A program made the position numbers and the translations under genes. Below, piece after piece: positions 1 to 12,442 of a DNA stretch of 64,000 nucleotides. The notes beneath the pieces are model-generated. The model made no database searches, had not been told where the DNA came from, and saw only the letters and a list, made by a program, of their open reading frames with translations. Position 1 is the first letter of the stretch. The number at the start of each line of letters is the position of its first letter. The stretch comes from Amphiscolops sp. MND2022. Taxonomy: Eukaryota. The stretch is from contig OZ076409.1 of NCBI GenBank assembly GCA_964187785.1, positions 28,150,001 to 28,214,000 of the forward strand, in the 5' to 3' direction.

Positions 1-3000
1 AAACAAGGAGAACCGTCATACGTTCCCCTCTCCACCAACCTTGGCCTCAAAATCAAAAGGCGGATGCTATATTTCCCAATGGACTTTGGAGAACTAACAT
101 TAGATGGTCTCGTAGACACTGGGGCCCACTACAGCGCGATACCAGAAGCTGACCTTAGGAAAATACGGCTACTTGCACCCCAATAAATAGTGAAAGAGGG
201 TCCTGCCCCGTCATTCCAAATTATGGTCGCAAATGGAGACCTGGAAACTCCGAAGAGTACAGTAGAACTGAAGTTCGAAGTAGGGGACATAGAGTTCCAC
301 GAAATCTTCATAGTGATGGAAAAGTTATCCAGCCCCATAATTGGACTTATGTTCTTACAAAGAAACCACACAGTCCTAGATATGCGCCAAGGCTTACTTA
401 ACTTTCCCTTCTTCTCGATGCAATTGAAAACAGCTGACCATAAGTACTCCAATGTAATGGAACCTATCCTCAACCCCGAGGATATAACGATTCCGCCAAA
501 TGGACGTACAATCATCCCTATCCAATCTCAAATTTATGCAGAAAACGCTGTCACTGGAATCTTACAACCCAGTGACCTTCTAAACGAAGAAAATGATATA
601 ACATTTTGTGCCGCCATAGTCACACTGGACGAAGGGACTACGAGGATCCATGTCAACAACTTCACAGACCAACCCTTCAAACTCAAAAAAGGGATGCACA
701 TAGCGAATTTCTCAGTGATGACTCCAGAGCAAATGAAACATGTTAGGCCAATAGACCCAGTGTCCACTTGGCACCTACTCAATGAAAATGAAGAAGATGC
801 TATTTATTACATCAGTAGCCTTCTCAAAGCCAACAGGAACAATGACCAATACGAACAATACTGGTTTCCAACACCCGAAAACCCAGGGGACGAAGAGTCC
901 CATACTCCAATACAAAAGAGAATTCTTAGAGAATTACGAAACCTGCAAGAAGCAGAAAAACTAAATCCACAAGACAATGAAGAATCTCGACAAAAATTCC
1001 TCAGTAATTTTGACTGGAAGGACTCAATGCTACAACAACATGAAATCAAACAGATAGAAGCGCTATTAGTCGAATTTCACGACATATTTGCCCGTCATAG
1101 GTTTGACATTGGTATGAATGAGGAGTTCACGGTCAAATTGACCCCGAAGGACGACTCTCCTGCCTACAGCCAGAGCTTACCAACTCCGGTCAATTTGAAA
1201 GAGGACATATTGGTCGAATTAGCGTCACTACACAAATATAGTATTATAACAACATTACCATTCTCAAAGTACGCTAGCCCTATCTTTGCACAAAAGAAGC
1301 CTAATGGGAAACTGCGACTACTGGTAGACCTCCGGAAGATCAACAATCTCATTTCTGACGACTATATCAACAACAACCATCCAGTCAGCACCTTAACGGA
1401 CGCTGCACAACATATGGCCGGAAAGAAACTTTTCTGTAAGCTTGACTGTTCGCAAGCGTACCACTGCCTTCAAATGGCGGACCAACGGTCTATAGAGATG
1501 TTGGCCTTCAACTTTGCCAGCCGAACGTTTGCATATCGAAGATTGGCCCAAGGTCTCAGTAGAGCCTTATCGGCATTCTCCAGTTTTATGAGAGAATATT
1601 TGGACCGTGTCATCAAAGCCGATCAATGTGCCCAATACGTGGATGATATTGGCATCGCGGCCAACGACGCTGAGCATCTCATTAAAAATCTCAGAGCAAC
1701 TTTCGAATGCATCCGAGAGGCTGGATTGAAATTAACGATGCATAAATGCCACTTTGGAGCAACTGAGATTGATTTCTTAGGAAGGACAATCACCCCTGAG
1801 GGCGTCAAGCCCCAGAAGGAACGAGTCATACAATTCCTAGAAAAAACGAAATTCCCAAAATCCAAAAAAGCCTTACAACGTTACCTCGGATTCCTTAATT
1901 ATTATAGAAACTACATACCGAGGTTATCAGAAAAATTAGTCCCTTTCTTTCAACTATTAAAGAAAGACGAAAAGGTCTTAGTCACAACGGAATTGATTGA
2001 ACAATTCAACGAGATCAATAGAGATTTGGACAGATGCACCCAGCTAGCCCTGAGGCAGCCCTTGCCAAATCGACAACTAGTCCTGATGACAGATTCTAGC
2101 TTTACAGCAGCCGGATATGCTATACTTACTGAAGATGATCTAAATCAGAAATTTACCTCAACCAAGAAATCCTATGCGCCTATTGCATATGGTTCAAAAA
2201 CTTTTACTCCTTCACAAATTAAAATGTCAATTTATGCGAAGGAATTTTTAGCCATCTATTACGCCTTCAAAAAATTTGGACATATATTCTGGGGCACACC
2301 TAAGCCGGTGATTATCCTCACAGATAACAAATCGGTCACAAGGTTCTTCCAGACTAAAATAATACCGCCGCCATTATGGAACGCGTGTGACTTTGTCATT
2401 CAGTTCAATTTCACTATAGCGCACATTCCAGGCAAAAACAACACAGCGGCGGACTACCTGTCCCGCATGGAAATGGACCCCACTGAAAAGTTAGTCCTAA
2501 AAATCCGAGCGGACGTTGAAACCCAACCCATTGAAGTTAATGTCCAATCAGCCGGCGTGTCTGAAGTAGAACAAGTGTTCTTTACAGAAGAAGACAATGA
2601 AACAGAAGAACAAATTTGGGAAAGGAAAAGACAATCAAAAGCAGGACTCAAGGTCGATGAGACCGTCATCCAAATCGATACCATATCTGAAAATGTAGTG
2701 GATGAAATTACCAATTTCACCCAGAAACTACGTAGAACCAACCAAATACTACTAGAACAATCCAAAGATCCGATTTTGCTTCATTTAAAAGCAAAAATTC
2801 AAAATGAAGAATACTCTGAAGAAATCCTTCAGCAGGACATTCGGTATAAACATTATTTAAATAACTTAGACCGTATAGTCCTCAAGGACGAAATAGTGAC
2901 CCGACAGTATTACGACGAAACGGGACAAATCAAATACCACCAAATCTTACTGCCAAAGCACCTGTTGAAAGAACTACTGCAAGCAATACATGGCACGGCA

Positions 3001-4611
3001 CATCGACATCCAGGCATCTCTAAAATGCTGCAAGAGATCCGCCAAAAATACTACTACCCTGGCATAGCAAAATACGTTAAAAAATGGGTAGAAGGATGCG
3101 AAACGTGCGCTAGAGACAAAAGAGTCCCAAATAATACAATTACACCAGAATTGTTGAATTTGCCCGAATGGGACCTTGGTCCAGCAGATGCCATGCAGAT
3201 AGACTTATTACCAAACTTACCAACTAGTGGCGGATACCAGACGGTGATGACGGCTATAGATGTATTCTCAAGATACTTATTCGCCTACCCGCTAATTGAG
3301 GCAACAGCCACGAATGTAGCCAAGGTGATAATTGATATCATGACGAAACACTCATATTTACCAACAACTCTCATCACAGACAAAGGGTCCGCATTTACAT
3401 CGACCATCATAGCTGAGATAACTCAAATTTTGGGTATAACACTCAAATGCGCTACTACAAAGCACCCGCAAACAATTGGCAAACTCGAAAGGACCCATGC
3501 CTCACTCAAAACAAATTTGAAAATGGCCTCAGGGGAATATCGACGCCAATGGCATAAATATTTACCATTAGCAGTACTCAACTACAATACCACATACCAC
3601 TCTAGTATTGGATGTGAACCGAGTAAAGTCTTCCACGGCCGGATTCCCTATAACGTCCTAGACCACAAATTGGGAAATAACCCCAATAAAAATTTTCTGC
3701 CAACTACAGAATTTGCGGAGGAAGTACAGCAGAGGACACAAATCCTCATAGATCAAACAAAAAAGAACATAATGCAGTCTTATTTGAAATATAAAGACTA
3801 TTACGACCGAAAGGCAAAGGCTGCCCCACTTAAAGAAAAGGACTACTGTTTTGTTCTACAGCCTAAAGCGGACAGTCAGGCATCAAAAATTCCATTCAAG
3901 GAATACAGGTGGATTGGACCATTCGTCATTCAAAAAGTACTGTCCAACGACAATTATATTGTCCGTCGTCTAAATACAAATAAAACTCAAATACTTCATC
4001 GTATTAGACTAAAGAAATTCGTCCCGAATGCCCCTTTAGAGGACAAGTACGATGGAGAAAAATTACAACCCGACAATGAGATAGTAATCCCGCAAGACGA
4101 TTTGTACACTATCTCATGGGAAGTAGACTTTGAGTACGACTTATTTGAACCGAGGAAGGAAAATTGGACAGACGTGGCCACACGCCGGCCGACGGACGCC
4201 GAGTCCACTAATACGGACAATGACGTTACCGACGAGGAAAGCGCTAGCACTGAAAGCTGCAGCGAGCGCACGACAAGAAATTACGTCACCGAGAACGAAC
4301 GCGCCAGCAATGAAACTTACAATGAGCGCACGACAGAATATGACGTTACCGAGAACGAAATATCCCCGAGAGGGAACAATAGCAGTGACGAACCGTCCCC
4401 GCAGAATGAAACGCCAAATGAGACTGAGAATGAAAATGACGTCACTAATGATTTAAAAGATACGGAAAACGTTTCAAACACAGGCGCAGATATTACCGTG
4501 CCCGGAATATCAGAAACTGGAAATTCAAATGAAAATTCGAGCCCTAGAGGAGGGAAATACAATCTTCGACCTAACCCTACCCCCAACTTTACTGATGAAT
4601 ACAGATACTAG
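1..4611 (+). CDS. pol: Pol polyprotein (protease, dUTPase-like relic, RT, RNase H, integrase, acidic tail); one in-frame TAA at 184-186
   Basis: Protease LVDTGA near 110-125; RT LDCSQAYH and YVDD; RNase H TDSS...KEFLA...TDNK; integrase H-x-H...CETC, QIDLL, ITDKG, LERTH; ORF 190-4611 is open. Confidence 0.95.
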
Positions 4612-4847
4612 TCAGAAAACTTGAATTACCAGTCCCTTTATTTCACTTCCAGCCCTTGAGGACTTTTATTTTTTACTTGGGACTACTCTGACTGATTTTT
4701 CTTACCGATTACTGGAACGATTATATACAAAAAGAGAGACTCAGTGGCGAATAATACAAAGCCACACAAACAAGCAACAAAGAAGAAATTATACAAAACA
4801 GTTTACAGAAACTACAGAGTCTAGAAACAAATGTACTCTTTGTACAT

Positions 4848-7800
4848 TTAAGATTTAGAAGTTCCAGGAGCGTTTATATTGGAGGACTGATTGACGTCTG
4901 ATCCACTCGTGGGCTTGAAGCAAACCTTTCTACTCTTCTCGGGGGTCTGCTTGCGGGATTTACCTCCTTCTTTCGATGAGGAACTGGAGACGCACTCAGG
5001 GTCGGGCCGGACACCTTTACACAGAGCTTTATATACAGCGACCAGAATCTTGTGAAAATTAGCCCTGCCAAAGCTCTCAACGTGAGTCCAGGGATCTCCG
5101 GGGACATTGCTGCTGCTGAACCGCAACTCCAGATCTTTGAATGTACCCAGGGAAGCTTCAGTAGTACAAGCAGCTACTGCGCCCGAAACGTTGGCGAGAT
5201 AAGACTGGGCGGGCATGATTACGTCGAACAGCCGACTGCGGGGTTCACTACAATCGACCCCAGAAAACTTGACGGCTGGGAGCTCTGGCGATTTGGACGT
5301 GAGGCACAAACAGCTCAGCTGGAAGAGGTGGAATAGATGCTTGCGCATCTTCAGCTCTGGCATTCCCATCAAGGTCACAACCATGTCTGTGAAGACCTCT
5401 GGGGTGTTCTTGGCTCCAGAGTTGACTTCCCGAAAGTACTCTAGAAATTCGACGTACTCGTCGCGGATGTCGGCCTCTGAGGAATTCTCCAACCACCCTC
5501 GCAAGCTGAAGGAACGGTGGAGCGCGGAAAAGCAATATGTGGCCTGCTCAAGAGGCAAGTTCAGGAGGGCTACCGGGTCGAAACTGGCTAGACCCCTGAT
5601 GATACCAGCATTGAGGCTAATATCGGCCAAAAAGACTTTCAGCAGGTGGACGAGATAGCTTCGGGCCTTGGTGGCGAACTCGTCCCGGGTGGCTTCAACT
5701 GCGGCTTCTGTCTCTTCTGGAGTCAACTGCTTTTCGCTGTAAATCCTCTTTACTCGCGCAAGGCAACAAGCATCAAGATTCTCTTTCAACTTCAGCCGAC
5801 TCAGGAAATCGCGGTTTGACAACTGCTTCCAATTTTGTCCCTGCATGTCATCCAGGGCCTTCCAGTCCAAAATCTCTGGAACATGCTTGGGAAGCAGGGC
5901 ACGCGCAGCTAACTTGCGGATGAAGGTGTGGAATTCCCGGAAGGTGTAGAATCCACTGTCCCTTCGCTGGGCAAACTGGCTCTCGAAGCTCTTGGTGTCT
6001 GGAATACAAAACATATATGATTACCCTAATTGGTCCATTCTACGGCTACGGACCTAAAGTTGGAAGTCTACTACATCTTGGTCAGGTTTCTTGTAAAAGC
6101 AAACAAAAATAGGACTCTGTGTCCATGTGACAAGACAAAAGAGGTAGATACTAACAATCACGAACGATCCGCGCGAAGAATTCCAGTTTGATGGTGAAAA
6201 AATCATCGCCGATGATCTCCCATTCCAAACTCTGGGGTTTGTGTTTGACACCCTGGTGCACTTGTGGGGGAGCAATCTTAGTGAGATACTGGTGGATGGC
6301 CTTCCAGTTCGCGATCAATTCGGAGCATATGGCGGGCACGGCAGAAATCTCCGGATGACAGGTCGACATAGCCTATAAACAATATCAAAATTAAAATCGA
6401 CCTGTGGTTGGATCTACAGTCGATGTGACGTTGTCCTTACCTTGACGAATTCAGGCATCAGTGCGGCCCAGGGTTGTCCGCTGCAACCGTCTAGAAAGGT
6501 GACCAGAAACTTCAGCTGCGAGAAGAAGCTAATGGCCCCAAACACGCTGCCCCATCGCTCGTGCATCATGCTGGGTAGACTCAGTGCATCGAATCGGAAG
6601 GGGTACTCTATTCCCTTCTGGAAGAGTTGAGAACGCTCAAGCAGAGGGATCAATTCTGCGGGACACCCAGACACACTCACGATTTGAGGCTGGGCGGACA
6701 ACACAGACAAGAGGCGAGAAAGAGCATGCAGGAAGCCTGCAGCAGGTTCCGAGGCTGTGCGATAACGCAGTAGTCGGACAACGTTGAGACAGTCGCCCTT
6801 CCAGAATCGGATTGACACGAAACTGTAGGTGCCTCGTGTCTCAAACTCCAAGGAGTACTGTCCAGTGACGCTGACGTGGTACGCAATGTCCGCGATACCG
6901 CAGAGGAAGATGTGATGGAAGATCGTCTAAAATGAACCAACAGGGATGAAAATATGCTCAGGCTATAATGGCCTGAAGGACCTAGAGGCTTAAAATGGAT
7001 GATACTTACAGTCAGCGTGGTAGAACCCCAATCGTAGGGGGAGAACAGGTTCTGGTGATTGGTCACGGTGCCAATCTGAGCCCACAGCAGCTCGAGGACA
7101 TGGAGGTCTCCGCATCGGGGAGCAAAGAGGGCTACCATGGAGATTTGGACGCACAATCTGATTTCCTCCTGCCCAGCAACAGATCCTAGCCCGGCCATGT
7201 GGTCCTCGTAGAAAGGATAACTACATCCCATCTCGACTAGGGGAACCTGCATGAAGAAGGGCTTCTCACGCTCTAGCTCAAGAGGGGTTAGCACTTGTCC
7301 TTTCTTCCCTCTGACTTCATGGACGATTCGACCAGTCACTGCGTCCTTCTTCTTCAGGTGTTCATATCTCCAGCGCTGGTCCTTGCGGAAATGGGCCTCG
7401 CACTGGAAATGCCGCACAATCTCTCGGGCGCCTTTGGAGAACATGGACACGTTGGTCTTGCATATCTGGCAATAAAACTTGTGTTTATTATGCTCAGGGT
7501 CCAACGGTCCAGTAACAAAAGTCCGAGTCCACTGTATTCCCTTGAAATAGGCCTCCTTCATTATTTTGCCACTTCGGGCAGGAACTCGGCGGCGTTTGCG
7601 AGGAGGACTAACGGCAGAGGTTTGATCCCCTGTCAAGGTAGCTAATGGCTCATAGTCCGTGGAGCAGAACCCAGGACTAGGAACTTGCTGGCTGGTTGTC
7701 GGCCTACTTGCACTGAGGGAATCTTGAGCAGGAGGACTAGGAGGAGGGGCAATGTTGAGTTCTCTCCCGGTTCTTTGAGAATTCACCACGAACTCATCCT

Positions 7801-8827
7801 CAGAACTGAGGGCTCCACTTGTGTACCCTTCGGTACTAGCGTCACTATCCAGTCCAACTAATCCAGGACTGTCTGACTTCTTGCGGAAGCACTTGACTCG
7901 TTGCCGATTAGGACTCTGTTGAACATTCTGTGACCTGATTCCTACTCGGATGGCTGCTTCCAAGATGTTCTTCATCTGATGAAGGGACGAAGTAATGGTC
8001 TCAGAGGACACAGCGCGCAGAATGGAATGTACTTGGCCCTGATTAAAGGCCACTGTGGCATGCCCGACTGGAAGGATACTCGGATTCGTTTCGCTGAAAT
8101 GTTGATCGATGAGGGTCCGAGCAGAAGCAGACAAAGGCCTAGTAGGACTAAGAAGCTTCGGGGACGGAGCATCAGGCAACCCAGCTGTAGTCGACGGTCC
8201 AGCCTCCTTGGGGACTTCAGACTCCACAACGCTCAAACTCTCCATGTTAATCAGGAAAGGAGGTTCTTTAAGGGTCTCTGCGCCAGAACTGTCAAGCAAC
8301 TCTTCGTTGTCACTTGTGTCAGTTTGGAAATAATCTGCCTTAGCGACAGAAAAGCCAGTTTCACTTCGGATGTCAGCTGCAGGGTCGACATCGACTTCAC
8401 TCGACTCCTGATTGGAGGCTTCTCCCACTACCTGAGGAATGGGGTCCGACTCGGGGACTTTCTCAATAGCTGGATGGACAGCCTTATCTACAATAGCAGC
8501 GCTAGTAGGGGGTAAGAAGGAGATGTCAAGACCAAGGCCCTGGCAACCCAAAGTCTGCAATTGACGGTCAATGTAAGCGGAAATGCTTTCATCCGTAGAA
8601 GGGCTTGGGGTCGGAGCAGTCTTATCAGGATTATCTCCTGGCGGCACTAGTTGTATGGACTCAGGGTCTGCAGGGATCGATCGACCAGCTTCTTCGGGAA
8701 TGGCAACTTCTTCTTCAGTCATGGATGCAGTAGCGGTGACAGGAACAATATCATTTCGCTCTTCGGACGTCATGTCTAAACAGAAAGAGATAAACTCAAG
8801 CGGATAACTTCCTGAGAAAGAGTCCAT
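4848..8827 (-). CDS. Antisense 4-exon gene (8827-7010, 6926-6441, 6372-6156, 5998-4848), ~1223 aa; BED-like zinc finger and NLS; probably derived from a hAT-type transposase
   Basis: GT-AG introns of 83, 68 and 157 nt join four minus-strand ORFs into 3672 nt with no stops; the same intron positions occur in element 2; motifs SPPRKRRR and FYCQICK...RHFQCEAH. The start codon is less certain than the exons. Confidence 0.85.
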
Positions 8828-10054
8828 TACCGCATTAAAAATCTTCCGGAAGTAGATATTTCGAACTCAAGTGAACACTTGTGTTATGGGACAGGAAGTA
8901 CGTGAATGAAATGAGAGCCCTGATCAAGCCTCAGATTAATTCAATACTAAAATAGAAACAAAACCTGAAAAGCTACTGACCTGTTTGAATGCAAAGAAGG
9001 ATGTCTTGAGAAGGGAGTGCTGTGTACAGTTAGACTGGTGGTCACTGAATTGAAAGCTGAGCGATCAGTAGAGGAGGAGGACGAAGCTGGACTGTGGCGA
9101 ATACAGCAGCAGTTGTAAGGAGAAGACAAATTCTTCTTTGATGAGGGACAAGAAAGGTTGCTGGAGATGAATTAGCGAAAAGGGACTCAGTGTCGATTGT
9201 CCTAGGATGACCCAAGAAATCCACAAAAGACGTAATCGGAAGAAATTACAAATGACTACTTCAAATGAATACGGAGTAAATACGACTAGAAGACTAAAAG
9301 ACTAGAGATGATTAAATACTGGACGATAATACAAAGAGTAACTGGAAAGAATTTGAAAATAATGAATTGAAAAGAGAATTGGCAATGTGACAAGATGTCA
9401 AAGTTGGAGTTCGTGGCTATACAGTTTGGTGTCAAATTTACAAGATATTTACAATTTACACTATTATGTGGATAGAGTCTGCCAGCGATATCTACATTCT
9501 TTCATTTATCTTATTTCGAAACTTTACCATTTTATAAAATATTTCATGATTTTACCAGGATTTTATTTAATTTCAGGTCATTTTATATTATTCCTTATAT
9601 GGATTTACGACCTTGGGGAGCCATTTTTACTCAAGAGAAATTTTGCTGCATTCCTATTGGTTAATCAGAAACGCTGATGGACGGCGTGGCCGTCTGCCAT
9701 AGCTTCACCCTCTTGAAACTTTTAAGTGATTGTTGAGTGTTAATAAACACTTGAAGCGACGCTCTTAATATGGAAGTGTTGATAGAGTTGATGTAAGTCA
9801 ACAAAGCCTCGGTCGGCATTTTCAAATAAGACTGAGCGGCTAGTTAATAGACTCTAGAAAGAAGGAATTTTGTTATTGAAAATTTAGTCAGCAAGGAAGG
9901 GAGAAACCCCGGGAAACTGAAACGAAAACTCCCGCAAGTCGACAGAAGGGGAAACCGCCATTGTTTCAGTTTCACTTTTGAAAATCAGCAGCTTCTCAAA
10001 ACTCAAGACTTAAAACCTTTTAGTCAACTGTCCAAGATAGCTAAAAAACTGATC

Positions 10055-10896
10055 ATGGATAAATTCCTGGCAACTCACTTCGACTGTGATTCTCCTCAAT
10101 ATTACCCCGAGGACTTTCAGGGGGCAGCGCCCGGAGACGGAATAATATATATATATCATCGGACGACGACATGGAATGTGTCAGCAGCGCATCTGTTGAC
10201 GACCTAGAAAGCCTGTCTGACGACGATGAGATGGCCCTCCTGGCTCAATGCGTGGAGAGACAGATGGAGCTTCCATCGACATCAGAAGCAATTTCCATCC
10301 CTTCCTCTGCCAATAAACAGGAAGTGACACGCGCCGCGACTCCCAGACTAGCGTACGTCCCTGGGCCTATGTTCGACGCTGGCTATTTTGACTTGGGAAT
10401 TGGCAGAGGGCCAATTGCGAGAGACCCGCGACTAAGGAATGATCACCCGATCAATTTGTGTAGCCAGCTAATCCCTATGGTCGACGCGCCTATGTCTCCC
10501 CCAGCCGTCGACAAATATCCGTCAGGCGACTGGAGAATAGCAGCGGAAGCCGCTACTAGTAGCAAACAAGAACATGCCAACGGAATACACTTCAGGGGAC
10601 CAAGTGGCGCAGATAACCCCTACATCTCAGGATGTACGGACTGCCTCGTCTGCGGAAAATCAGTCGAACAGATTCAAGACGAGGCAGTCATCGACTACCT
10701 TCATAAAACAACCATCCAAGGAGAATCGGCCCTCCAATTCAACGCAAGAAGGCTAGCCTTCCTAGAAGGAATGAAGGTGGGATGTTTTATGCTCATTCCA
10801 GGGGGAGTGTCCCAGGCGTCCGCCTGTGATGGAAATCTTTATACAATCAGTCACGACTACAGGAAGGCGCAGCCCAACACCCTCCCACTGAATTAA
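10055..10896 (+). CDS. Sense accessory ORF (unknown function) overlapping PPT and 3' LTR; +2 frameshift in the (AT)n run near 10145-10156
   Basis: Homologous to element 2 ORF 31727-32579 (YPEDFQGAAPG, AQCVE, NxHPI, PMVDxPMSPP, DCxxCGKS, PGGVSQAxACDGN). Confidence 0.8.
10798..10807 (+). other. Polypurine tract of element 1
   Basis: CCAGGGGGAG immediately 5' of the LTR-start TGT; identical in element 2. Confidence 0.8.
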
Positions 10897-12380
10897 GTTT
10901 TACAAGCAAAACTATATTTGTTGCTTTAAAAAGTCATGTAAAACTCTATATATTTCATTTTGTACAAGTTATATTATGTAATTCTATGTATTAATACGAG
11001 TTAATTGGACACCAAGGCGTACAGGTAAAGGAAACGCGTTCAAATGTTTTCTTGCCTGTCGCCTTGGTCCGCAAGTCCGACTAACTCGTCATCCAATCAT
11101 AGCGCAGTGTTATGTAACCTTTACTCGTGCTAGCTTAATAGATTAAAGGACTAGACAGCTATATGCCGCCTGCTAATAAAGCGCCGGGCTGTACCAGTCT
11201 ATTGGACACTGAGTCCGCGCTTTAATTGAGAGTGCTATTCTATCTAGCAGTACTGGTTATGTAATAATTAATCTTTTGATAACTAATAAAAGGCGCTATT
11301 GGTCCTCAAAGGACTGATTTAATATTTTAGACTTAGTTTGATGGTGTTGCTTCATATGTAATTTGCGCAATATATTTAGTTTAGAATATATGTAAAATTA
11401 CTATCTATACATGTAGTAAGCATTTCATACATGTAATATGTATTTCATACATGTAGTACGTTGCTCAGTATGCATGTAAGCAGTTGCTTGTCCTAACGGA
11501 CTCATGGTCCCGCCGCCATATTTGCCGCCAAGAGGGACCTTTGATCTATATGATGTAATGTTGACGTTGCCTGCTATTTATAGATTGTAGCTATATTTAG
11601 AAAGCCCTTAAGGCTATTTTTAGAATATGATCACCATTTTATTGAGTGTCATGCAGATTCAAATATATATAACCGGGACTGGTGGTCCCGGGGACAGAAT
11701 TATTCTGACGATACTTTGATACGTTACTGTTGCATTACTGTTGCGAACTGTTTATTAAAACTACCCGTTCATTTTCACTTTGCAAGCCCGAGATATTAAT
11801 TTAAATTCTTGCCTCTTGCAATAATCTCTTATGCCTTCTACTAGACGTCAAAAGGCCAAAGCTAGGAGATCTAGAGAAATGGACATGCTGTCCGACTATG
11901 ATAACCTAGATGTGATGCTGGGAAATGAAAATAATAATCCCATTGAAAGAGAACTAGCCGAAGTGATAGATCAGTCGTCGGCCCACGGGGACGATGATAC
12001 AAACGTGTACCATGAAAATGAGTTCAGAGATTACTTACATGAAAATGAACCTTTGAGGCAAAACGAAGTCAGACAATCCTTTGAGGCCTTTTCAAGTGAG
12101 TTTAATCTTAGATTGTCTCAAGAAATGGAATCTATGATGTCAATAATGCATAGCCAAATAAATAGAGCTATAACAACAGCTATAGCTGAAAGAGTTATTC
12201 CAGAAATTCAGAATATTGCGAACTCGATGTCCTCTATGGGACACAGGGACACTGAGGCCAGTTCGTCCCCAAATAGTCAGGAGAACAGGGAAAGCGCACC
12301 CGGGCCTAAAATAAAAATTGCAAAGAAAGATTCAAGATCTGTAGGTGACTTAAGAGATACCATGGGTCATGGTTCTTACA
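10808..12380 (+). repeat. 3' LTR of element 1 (1573 bp)
   Basis: TGT...ACA termini; start homologous to TGTCGCAGGC of the other LTRs; TATA-like box near 11663; contains gag-N ORF. Confidence 0.88.
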
Positions 12381-12442
12381 GGCATGTTTTCCAAAAACAT
12401 TATATCTCCACAAATGCATGTGCTGCGAACCTACTTTTATAG
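11831..12442 (+). CDS. Gag N-terminal segment encoded in the LTR, running out into flanking DNA
   Basis: MPSTRRQKAKARRSREMDMLSDY..., homologous to the start of element 2 gag; LTR boundary at 12380. Confidence 0.75.
   Translation: MPSTRRQKAKARRSREMDMLSDYDNLDVMLGNENNNPIERELAEVIDQSSAHGDDDTNVYHENEFRDYLHENEPLRQNEVRQSFEAFSSEFNLRLSQEMESMMSIMHSQINRAITTAIAERVIPEIQNIANSMSSMGHRDTEASSSPNSQENRESAPGPKIKIAKKDSRSVGDLRDTMGHGSYRHVFQKHYISTNACAANLLL

Larger units (their letters stand above)
1..12380 (+). mobile_element. Ty3/Gypsy LTR retrotransposon, element 1 (5' part outside window): pol, antisense spliced gene, sense accessory ORF, PPT, 3' LTR
   Basis: PR-RT-RH-IN order in pol; collinear and homologous with complete element 2; LTR ends ...CTTACA at 12380, like the element 2 LTR end. 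Confidence 0.93.

Noticed and set aside
129..4586. Short minus-strand ORFs over pol (also over element 2 pol and the LTR gag segment)
   Set aside because: Shadow frames of the coding strand; similarity between copies follows from pol/gag conservation
4848..8827. Independent hAT DNA transposon or host gene inserted into the retroelement
   Set aside because: No TIRs or 8-bp TSD seen, and the gene is at the same position in two diverged elements, so it is inherited cargo
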